Origin: Hyphomicrobiales bacterium
GTDB taxonomy: Bacteria; Pseudomonadota; Alphaproteobacteria; Rhizobiales; CBDCVD01
Direction: 5' to 3'
Assembly (NCBI GenBank): GCA_965224015.1
Contig: OZ245032.1
Span: 939,201 to 1,003,200, forward strand
Length of the DNA: 64,000 nt
The position numbers and the translations under genes were made by a program. This document shows positions 57,033-64,000 of the stretch, piece by piece. The notes under the pieces are model-generated. The model saw only the letters and a list, made by a program, of their open reading frames with translations. It made no database searches and had not been told where the DNA came from. The first letter of the stretch is position 1. The number at the start of each line of letters is the position of its first letter.

Positions 57033-57087
57033 TGAAAACGTCTATTGGGGAGCGGGTAGGTAGATGCCCGTTAATAGAGAGGCTCAG
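57033..57087 (+). repeat. RepC copy (short form: 5' end joined directly to the 3' hairpin module)
   Basis: GAAAACGTCTATTG-GGGAGCGGGTAGGTAGATGCCCGTTAATAGAGAGGCTCAG. Confidence 0.75.
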
Positions 57088-57109
57088 TGAGGCGCGTGGC
57101 GCAAGAGGG

Positions 57110-57382
57110 TCAGTTGACAGCGTCCTTTAGACCCTTTCCGGCTTTGAATTTGGGGTGCCGGGAAGCGGCGATCTGCATGGCGCTTCCGGTGCGCGGATTG
57201 CGACCGGTGCGTGCGGCGCGCTCGGACACGGAAAATGTGCCAAAACCGATAATGCGCACGTCATCATTGCCCTTCAGGGCTTGGGTAATGGTTTCAAAAA
57301 TGGTATCAACGGCCTGCCCGGCCTGGGCTTTCGAACTGCCGGTTTTGTCGGCAACGGCGTTGATAAGGTCTTGCTTGTTCAT
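57110..57382 (-). CDS. hupB: HU-family DNA-binding protein
   Basis: MNKQDLINAVADKTGSSKAQAGQAVDTIFETI...RTGRNPRTG. Start at the Met preceded by AAAGGAAG. The ORF track starts at 57406. Confidence 0.92.
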   Translation of the reverse strand: MNKQDLINAVADKTGSSKAQAGQAVDTIFETITQALKGNDDVRIIGFGTFSVSERAARTGRNPRTGSAMQIAASRHPKFKAGKGLKDAVN

Positions 57383-57656
57383 AACGGCTTCCTTTCGTTG
57401 TTCCAATCAGCAAACCGGCGTAAGCAGATCATTGAGCCAACGGGGCTCGCAAAACTGCGACGCGTCAAAAACGTCGATCGAATCAAATTGTCGACCTGCG
57501 TACAGTTTAGTCAAACAGCACAGAAAGCAAGCTGCAAATTGTTCAAAATCCCATAAAAGCGACGATTTTTGACCCATCCACAGAAATTTCCCAACACGTA
57601 TGGCCGATCCGCCGGATATTGTGGGCCCGCCCGGACTTGTGGCCGGGTTCATGCGA

Positions 57657-57701
57657 ATCAAGACACATTCTATCAAGACACGTTCTATCAAGACACGTTC
57701 T
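57657..57701. repeat. Tandem repeat, 15-bp unit x3, abutting the lon stop codon
   Basis: ATCAAGACACATTCT / ATCAAGACACGTTCT / ATCAAGACACGTTCT. Confidence 0.9.
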
Positions 57702-60138
57702 AATGCGGCACCATCTTTGAAGATTGATCACGATCACCAGAAACACCGGCGACGGGCTGCGACATCTCTTTTTCGTTCCATTCAATGGGTTCAGGGCGCG
57801 TCACAAGGGCGCGCTTGAGTACTTCGTCCATATGGCCGACAGGAATGATCTCCAAACCCTCCTTGAGGGTGTCGGGTATCTCTGCCAAATCCTTGGCATT
57901 TTCAAGGGGAATGAGCACCGTCTTGATCCCGCCGCGCAGGGCTGCGAGAAGCTTCTCTTTCAAGCCACCAATAGGCAGCACCCGCCCCCTCAGGGTGATC
58001 TCTCCTGTCATGGCCACCGTCCGGTCAACGGCAATGCCGGTCATCATGGACACAATCGCCGTCACCATGGCAACACCAGCGGAAGGGCCATCTTTTGGGG
58101 TCGCGCCCTCGGGTACGTGAACGTGAATGTCACGATGTTCAAACGCTGGTGGCGCGATGCCAAAGGCCACCGAACGCGAGCGCACATAGGCGGCTGCGGC
58201 AGAAATGGACTCTTTCATCACATCACGCAGGTTCCCCGTCACCGTCATCTTGCCCTTGCCCGGCATCATGACGCCCTCAATAGTGAGCAGTTCGCCTCCG
58301 GTTTCCGCCCACGCCAATCCGGTAACCACGCCCACCTGATCCTCGCCTTCAACCTCGCCAAAGCGGAATTTCGGGACCCCAAGAAACTCATCAAGGCTGT
58401 CCTCGGTAACCGCAATGGATTTTTGCTTCGACGTCACAAGCACTTTGACAGCCTTGCGGGTCAGGGATTCGATTTCGCGCTTTAAGTTGCGCACCCCCGC
58501 CTCGCGGGTATAGCGGCGAATGACGCTCAACAGAGCCTCGCGATCGATGGACCATTCCTTCTCATCAAGGCCATGGGCCTTCATGGCGTCGGGAATGAGA
58601 TGGCGCAGGGCGATTTCGACTTTTTCGTCCTCGGTATACCCGGCAATGCGGATAATCTCCATACGGTCCATCAGCGCCGGCGGGATGTTCAGTGTATTGG
58701 CTGTGGTGATAAACATGACGTTGGACAGATCGTAATCAATCTCCAGATAGTGATCGTTGAACGTATTATTTTGCTCGGGATCAAGAACCTCAAGCAAAGC
58801 CGAAGACGGATCGCCACGAAAATCCATGCCCATTTTGTCGATCTCATCGAGCAAAAAGAGAGGATTGGATTTCTTGGCCTTTTTCATCGACTGGATGACC
58901 TTACCGGGAAGCGAGCCGATATAGGTGCGCCGGTGGCCACGGATTTCGGCTTCATCACGCACGCCGCCAAGGGACATGCGCACAAAGGCGCGCCCGGTAG
59001 CCCGAGCAATCGAACGCCCCAAGGAGGTCTTGCCCACGCCCGGGGGACCGACCAGACAAATAATCGGGCCCTTTAACTTGGACATTCGGCTCTGCACCGC
59101 CAAATACTCGATAATGCGCTCCTTGACCTTCTCCAGTCCGTAGTGATCCTCGTCCAGAACTTTTTGGGAAAATGTCAGGTCCTTTTTGACCTTGGATTTT
59201 TTGTTCCAGGGGATGCCCAACAGCCAATCGAGGTAGTTGCGCACAACCGTTGCCTCTGCGGACATGGGGCTCATCTGGCGCAGCTTCTTCATCTCCGCCT
59301 GGGCCTTCTCGCGCGCCTCCTTGGAAAGCTTGGTTTTGGTGATTTTTTCATCCAGTTCGGACAACTCGTCCGTACCTTCCTCACCATCCCCCAGCTCTTT
59401 CTGAATGGCCTTCATCTGCTCATTCAGATAGTACTCGCGCTGGGTTTTTTCCATCTGCCGCTTGACCCGCGAACGAATGCGTTTTTCGACTTGCAATACA
59501 CTGATCTCGCTCTCCATCAGTGCCAGAACTTTCTCAAGCCGCTCGGCAACGTTGACAATATTGAGAACGTCCTGCTTGTCGGCAATTTTCACCGCCAGAT
59601 GCGAAGCAATGGTATCGGCCAGTTTGGAATAGTCGTCGATCTGCGAGGCGGCACCCAGAATTTCGGGAGAAATTTTCTTGTTCAACTTGACGTAATTCTC
59701 AAACTCGGCAACCGCAGAGCGGGCCAGGGCCTTGATCTCAACAGGGCTCGCCAGATCATCGGCAAGAAGCGTGGCCTCGGCCTCATACATGATGTCATTG
59801 TCGTTGAAGCGCTCGATCCGGGCGCGATGCAATCCCTCAACCAGAACCTTGACCGTCCCGTCAGGCAGTTTCAGCAGCTGCAGAACGCTCGCCAGCGTGC
59901 CAATGCGATAGATGGCCTTGGTGTCCGGCTCATCGTCGCCGGCATGCTCCTGGGTGGCCAGAAGGATCAACTTGTCGCTGCGCATGACTTCTTCGAGCGC
60001 CTGAATAGACTTCTCGCGGCCAACAAAAAGGGGCACAAACATATGCGGAAAAACCACAATATCGCGAAGTGGTAAAACCGGATACACGTCATGCTGCGAC
60101 GGTGCCGCAGCAGGTTTTTTGGGCTCTTTGGTCATCAT
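57700..60138 (-). CDS. lon: ATP-dependent Lon protease
   Basis: 812 aa, GPPGVGKTS Walker A, and DGPSAGVAMVTAIVS with the catalytic Ser. Confidence 0.97.
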   Translation of the reverse strand: MMTKEPKKPAAAPSQHDVYPVLPLRDIVVFPHMFVPLFVGREKSIQALEEVMRSDKLILLATQEHAGDDEPDTKAIYRIGTLASVLQLLKLPDGTVKVLVEGLHRARIERFNDNDIMYEAEATLLADDLASPVEIKALARSAVAEFENYVKLNKKISPEILGAASQIDDYSKLADTIASHLAVKIADKQDVLNIVNVAERLEKVLALMESEISVLQVEKRIRSRVKRQMEKTQREYYLNEQMKAIQKELGDGEEGTDELSELDEKITKTKLSKEAREKAQAEMKKLRQMSPMSAEATVVRNYLDWLLGIPWNKKSKVKKDLTFSQKVLDEDHYGLEKVKERIIEYLAVQSRMSKLKGPIICLVGPPGVGKTSLGRSIARATGRAFVRMSLGGVRDEAEIRGHRRTYIGSLPGKVIQSMKKAKKSNPLFLLDEIDKMGMDFRGDPSSALLEVLDPEQNNTFNDHYLEIDYDLSNVMFITTANTLNIPPALMDRMEIIRIAGYTEDEKVEIALRHLIPDAMKAHGLDEKEWSIDREALLSVIRRYTREAGVRNLKREIESLTRKAVKVLVTSKQKSIAVTEDSLDEFLGVPKFRFGEVEGEDQVGVVTGLAWAETGGELLTIEGVMMPGKGKMTVTGNLRDVMKESISAAAAYVRSRSVAFGIAPPAFEHRDIHVHVPEGATPKDGPSAGVAMVTAIVSMMTGIAVDRTVAMTGEITLRGRVLPIGGLKEKLLAALRGGIKTVLIPLENAKDLAEIPDTLKEGLEIIPVGHMDEVLKRALVTRPEPIEWNEKEMSQPVAGVSGDRDQSSKMVPH

Positions 60139-60371
60139 TTACCCTGTCAAATAGAGCCAGACTCAAAGGCTGGCTGGTGATCGTCCCCGCGGTACACCCC
60201 GCAGATATTAAACCACAGTGATCGTAACCATAGTCAAAACGCCGACCCGCATACCAGTCACAATCGTGTATTGTCCCCAGGAACGCGAGGCCTTACGGCA
60301 CATGATACTTGCGTCTTCCCGTTTGCTATTATCGGCTCGGCAGAACGCTTTACGGATTGATAAAATCGCTT

Positions 60372-60387
60372 ATACCAGCGGTATTGG
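60372..60387 (+). repeat. RepA 5'-terminal fragment
   Basis: ATACCAGCGGTATTGG only. Confidence 0.5.
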
Positions 60388-60427
60388 TCGCGCGGGAAAC
60401 ATGATCAAAGCGCGCCAAAAGCAAAAG

Positions 60428-60465
60428 CGCTCCGTCAGAATGGTTCCATAAAACATGACACGTTC
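60428..60465 (-). repeat. RepB short form (reverse)
   Basis: The reverse complement is GAACGTGTCATGTTTTATGGAACCATTCTGACGGAGCG. Confidence 0.75.
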
Positions 60466-60561
60466 TAAATAGGAGCGCAGGTGTGGCGTTTCAAGCGCTT
60501 GCAAAATGCGCCGCCCGGACAGCAGGGGCACCCCGACCCAATATCGAAACCTGAATTCCTG

Positions 60562-61827
60562 CTACGCGCTTGTGCTGACATCATCGGCGCGATCGGCATA
60601 AATATAAAGGGGTTGCGCGTTGCCATCCACCACATCAGCGCCGATGACGACTTCCTCGACGCCGTCCAGCCCTGGGAGATCGAACATGGTATCCAGTAGA
60701 ATCGATTCCATGATGGAGCGCAGGCCGCGCGCACCGGTTTTCCTGTCGATCGCCTTGCGCGAAATGGAGCGCAAAGCCTCCTCATGAAAGGTCAAGGCCA
60801 CATTTTCCATCTCAAAAAGGCGCTGGTATTGCTTGACCAGGGCATTCTTGGGTTCGCCAAGAATGCGTACCAGGGCCTTTTCGTCCAGGTCCTCAAGGGT
60901 CGCGACCACCGGCAGGCGACCGACAAACTCAGGAATCAGACCGAATTTCAGCAAATCCTCCGGCTCGACACGGGCAAACAACTCTCCGGTACGCCGGTCC
61001 TCCGGCGCCATGATCCTGGCGGAAAATCCAATCGAGGTGCTGCGCCCACGATCCGATATGATCTTTTCAAGCCCCGCAAAGGCGCCCCCGCACACAAACA
61101 GGATATTTGTTGTATCAACCTGCAAAAACTCTTGCTGGGGATGTTTGCGCCCTCCCTGAGGCGGCACACTGGCGACCGTACCCTCCATGATTTTCAGCAA
61201 CGCCTGCTGAACCCCCTCGCCGGAGACGTCACGGGTGATCGAAGGATTGTCCGACTTGCGCGAGATCTTATCGACTTCGTCAATATAGACAATGCCTCTT
61301 TGGGCGCGTTCCACATTGTAGTCGGCTGACTGCAGCAGTTTGAGAATGATATTTTCAACATCCTCGCCCACATAGCCTGCCTCTGTCAGGGTCGTGGCGT
61401 CCGCCATGGTAAACGGCACGTCAAGAATGCGCGCAAGGGTCTGGGCCAGAAGTGTCTTACCGCACCCTGTTGGACCGATCAGCAGGATATTCGACTTGGC
61501 CAGCTCTACATCGTTGTTTTTAGCAGCATGGTTGAGGCGTTTGTAGTGGTTGTGGACCGCTACAGAGAGAACCCTCTTGGCCTGCCCCTGACCGATAACA
61601 TAATCGTCGAGAACCGTGTTGATCTCATCTGGCGTCGGAACACCGTCATGTGCCTTGACCAGCGAGGTCTTATTCTCCTCGCGGATAATATCCATGCAAA
61701 GTTCAACACATTCGTCGCAGATAAACACCGTCGGCCCCGCAATCAGCTTGCGAACCTCGTGCTGGCTTTTTCCACAAAACGAACAATACAGTGTGTTTTT
61801 GGAATCACCGCCACTTACTTTGCTCAT
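60562..61827 (-). CDS. clpX: ATP-dependent Clp protease ATP-binding subunit ClpX
   Basis: 421 aa with N-terminal zinc-binding [26 protein letters not shown] and [12 protein letters not shown] Walker A. Confidence 0.97.
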   Translation of the reverse strand: MSKVSGGDSKNTLYCSFCGKSQHEVRKLIAGPTVFICDECVELCMDIIREENKTSLVKAHDGVPTPDEINTVLDDYVIGQGQAKRVLSVAVHNHYKRLNHAAKNNDVELAKSNILLIGPTGCGKTLLAQTLARILDVPFTMADATTLTEAGYVGEDVENIILKLLQSADYNVERAQRGIVYIDEVDKISRKSDNPSITRDVSGEGVQQALLKIMEGTVASVPPQGGRKHPQQEFLQVDTTNILFVCGGAFAGLEKIISDRGRSTSIGFSARIMAPEDRRTGELFARVEPEDLLKFGLIPEFVGRLPVVATLEDLDEKALVRILGEPKNALVKQYQRLFEMENVALTFHEEALRSISRKAIDRKTGARGLRSIMESILLDTMFDLPGLDGVEEVVIGADVVDGNAQPLYIYADRADDVSTSA

Positions 61828-61944
61828 GACTCTCGTTCTCCGCTTTAAATTATTGTCCCAAAAACACCCACATCAGTTGTGGTTAGTTTTACGTACAACG
61901 AACATCCTGGATCATCGTCACAACTGACACCAAACGTCCATAAT

Positions 61945-61978
61945 GTTTCCCACTTTCCTGCGTTTCCCACTTTCCTGC
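61945..61978. repeat. Tandem repeat, 17-bp unit x2
   Basis: GTTTCCCACTTTCCTGC x2, in the clpP-clpX spacer. Confidence 0.9.
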
Positions 61979-62295
61979 CTCTGACTGGTTCTCACGCCGC
62001 TTCTCCAAACCGCCCGGTCCGATCGTATTCCACCATGAAACACCGACAACGAAATACAGAACACACAATATGGTATCAGCTTAGTCAATGTCGTCCATAG
62101 CGCAAGGACTGATAGGTAATCGGACCCGATAACCTGAAAGTATAATTACCAAAAGCGGTAAACATTATATACCGGAAGTCCTTGCCGTATTTTGCCATAT
62201 TCAAACACCAGCATTGTCTTCAAACATGCACGAAACATACCGCAACGCATCGGTTGCTTTCGGATGTAAGCCCAAAGACGCCATATTATGCCCAT

Positions 62296-62940
62296 TTAAG
62301 CCGCTTCATCATCATCTTCAGGCGCGCGTTTGTCGACAACATTGTCGATCAGGCCAAAGTCCTTGGCCGCATCCGCGGTCATGAAGTTGTCGCGCTCCAG
62401 CGCCTGCAAAACATCATCATAAGCCTGTCCGGTGTGACGAACGTAAATTTCATTGAGACGTTTTTTAACGTTGGAAATCTCTTTGGCGTGAATTTCAATA
62501 TCCGTGGCCTGCCCCTGAAAGCCCGCTGAGGGCTGATGCACCATGATGCGTGCATTGGGTAGTGCTGAGCGCATGCCCTTTTCCCCACCCGCCAACAGGA
62601 GCGAACCCATGGATGCCGCTTGCCCCACACAAAGGGTCGCAATGGCCGGGCGCACAAACTGCATCGTGTCATAAACCGACAACCCTGACGTTACAACGCC
62701 ACCTGGGGAGTTAATGTACATGAAGATCTCTTTTTTGGGATTTTCCGATTCCAGATACAGCAATTGCGCCACGACAAGTGAGGCCATAGCATCTTCCACA
62801 GGGCCGGTGATAAATATGATACGTTCCTTAAGAAGGCGGGAATAGATATCAAAAGCCCGCTCGCCCCGATTGGTTTGCTCAACAACCATCGGGACCAGGG
62901 TGTTCATGTATATCTCTTGGGTCCGTGCGGAATCAGGCAT
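62296..62940 (-). CDS. clpP: ATP-dependent Clp protease proteolytic subunit
   Basis: [29 protein letters not shown] and [11 protein letters not shown] (catalytic Ser). The first Met at 62940 follows TGAGGAT. Met12 (62907) is an alternative. Confidence 0.96.
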   Translation of the reverse strand: MPDSARTQEIYMNTLVPMVVEQTNRGERAFDIYSRLLKERIIFITGPVEDAMASLVVAQLLYLESENPKKEIFMYINSPGGVVTSGLSVYDTMQFVRPAIATLCVGQAASMGSLLLAGGEKGMRSALPNARIMVHQPSAGFQGQATDIEIHAKEISNVKKRLNEIYVRHTGQAYDDVLQALERDNFMTADAAKDFGLIDNVVDKRAPEDDDEAA

Positions 62941-63458
62941 GGATATATCCTCAATTGGAAAAAATAATAAGCGCCGGGGTTCCCATACGCGCCCGGCACA
63001 AGGTGTGCATCTCCATTAACCGGCATCACAGGCGACTTTAGCAGAAATGCGGCGTCATCTTCCGGCAAGCCGCCCTATCGAAAAAAGCCGATCTCTCATC
63101 ATCAAATGGTGCCAAATCCGAAGTGAACGGCTCCAACTGCTACCATTGGCGTGTGAATGGTTAATGATCTGTTGATTTGTGCGTCCAAGTGGGGACAAAT
63201 GTCGCCGATTGCAACAATTGAACCCGATTTATTTGTGCCGCTTGTCCGTACCATGTCGCCGATTATACGCCGGCATTTACTCAAGTTTTAGCACACAGGT
63301 TTGTTATTTGTTACACCCTGCGCTGTATCGTCACCGCTACGCCAGGGCAAATGTGTCAGATTTTTCAAGGCCCTGAACCGACAAGTTAAGCATGCGGTTG
63401 CTCGCATACTGTTTTTCGCATGCGCGCAAGGTAATTTATCACCCAGGCCACCACCCTT

Positions 63459-63508
63459 GAGCGTGCCATGTCTGAATAGAAGACCCCATTCTGTTTCTCG
63501 TTTGGCGC
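63459..63508 (+). repeat. RepB 5' fragment (degenerate)
   Basis: GAGCGTGCCATGTCTGAATAGAAGACCCCATTCTGTTTCTCGTTTGGCG, compare GAGTGTGTCAGGTTTTAATAGAACCCATTCTGTTTCTCGATTGGCG. Confidence 0.6.
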
Positions 63509-63536
63509 GCACGAAAGACCGTTTCCATTACTTTTA

Positions 63537-63639
63537 ATACCAAGGGTCCTTAACAATGACTCATGGCTTAGCGTCAAAGAGGTATGTTATCAAGGCAGTA
63601 CACCAGTCGGCGTGTATATAAAGCCAATACCGCTGGTAT
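63537..63639 (-). repeat. RepA copy (reverse orientation)
   Basis: ATACCAAGGGTCCTTAACAATGACTCATGGCTTAGCGTCAAAG...AAGCCAATACCGCTGGTAT. Confidence 0.9.
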
Positions 63640-64000
63640 AATTCCTCATGATATCAATGCCGATAAACGCCGATGTAATTGATGTCATTGCCGTCATTGC
63701 CGTCATTGCCGTCGTTGCTGTCGTTGCTGTCGTTGCTGTCGTTAATGTCATTCGTTCGATCGAGTCCATATGAGTAGAACCGTAAATAGGCAAGTGAAAG
63801 CCACACCAGGGTCCGCTGCCGGCGATGACGTTCATGACTTCAACGGCCGCTCTGGGCAGCAATCTTTCTCTCATGATCCGTTTGAAAGCCAGCTTGGCGT
63901 GCAGGCGATCGCTCGCGCAGAAACGCGCGCGCGCCGCGCCATTGTCGAAAGCCTCAATTTGGGACTGGTGATGTTCGACGTGCATGATCGGGCCGTAATC
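63590..64000 (-). CDS. Hypothetical protein, 3' part (reading frame stays open to the right edge)
   Basis: The frame stays open from 64000. I do not recognise the unique part ...DYGPIMHVEHHQSQIEAFDNGAARARFCASDRLHAKLAFKRIMRERLL.... The last ~45 codons are read through the 9-bp array and RepA, so the C-terminus is suspect. Confidence 0.3.
   Translation of the reverse strand, partial: DYGPIMHVEHHQSQIEAFDNGAARARFCASDRLHAKLAFKRIMRERLLPRAAVEVMNVIAGSGPWCGFHLPIYGSTHMDSIERMTLTTATTATTATTAMTAMTAMTSITSAFIGIDIMRNYTSGIGFIYTPTGVLP
63684..63746. repeat. Tandem repeat, 9-bp unit x7 (two sub-types)
   Basis: GTCATTGCC x3, GTCGTTGCT x3, GTCGTTAAT. Confidence 0.9.

Noticed and set aside
61828-62295. Unusually long (468 bp) clpP-clpX spacer as a possible sRNA or extra gene
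   Set aside because: It holds only a 17-bp x2 repeat and weak hairpins, with no ORF and no convincing promoter/terminator pair. It is noted but cannot be supported from sequence alone.
324-63746. Possibility that the short repeat arrays are CRISPR loci
   Set aside because: The units are contiguous with no spacers, are only 6-21 bp long, occur in 2-7 copies, and no cas genes are present.

Overview
The window is 64 kb of core chromosome whose gene content and synteny look alphaproteobacterial (inference from gene order only). About 50 housekeeping genes are confidently recognisable: rpsL-rpsG-fusA-tuf-rpsJ, psd-pssA, hflK-hflC-DUF2065-htrA, folA, lutABC, a pseudoazurin-nirK operon with a divergent Crp/Fnr regulator, a persulfide dioxygenase-DUF442-SQR sulfide module, pgi, queA-tgt, two cyclophilins, pyrB-pyrC', pntAB, trpS-murJ, maeB, mutS-glnD, grpE and clpP-clpX-lon-hup. 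tRNA-Leu(CAG) and tRNA-Gln(CUG) are also present. I found no transposase, integrase, phage, CRISPR, toxin-antitoxin or defence genes, and no unexplained multi-gene cluster, so I cannot honestly name a new protein-based system here. The unusual part is the non-coding DNA. Almost every intergenic gap carries copies of three small non-autonomous repeat families, named here RepA (~103 bp, MITE-like), RepB (modular, 40-235 bp, hairpin-rich) and RepC (REP-like hairpin, 45-135 bp). There are also at least 21 short tandem-repeat loci, many with 9-bp units and several in frame inside conserved genes. Secondary observations are an AT-rich non-coding island closed by a strong terminator, an FNR/NnrR-type box upstream of paz-nirK, a catalytically degenerate PyrC', and a GrpE with long disordered extensions. 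Repeat boundaries were read by eye and are approximate (about +/-3 bp).
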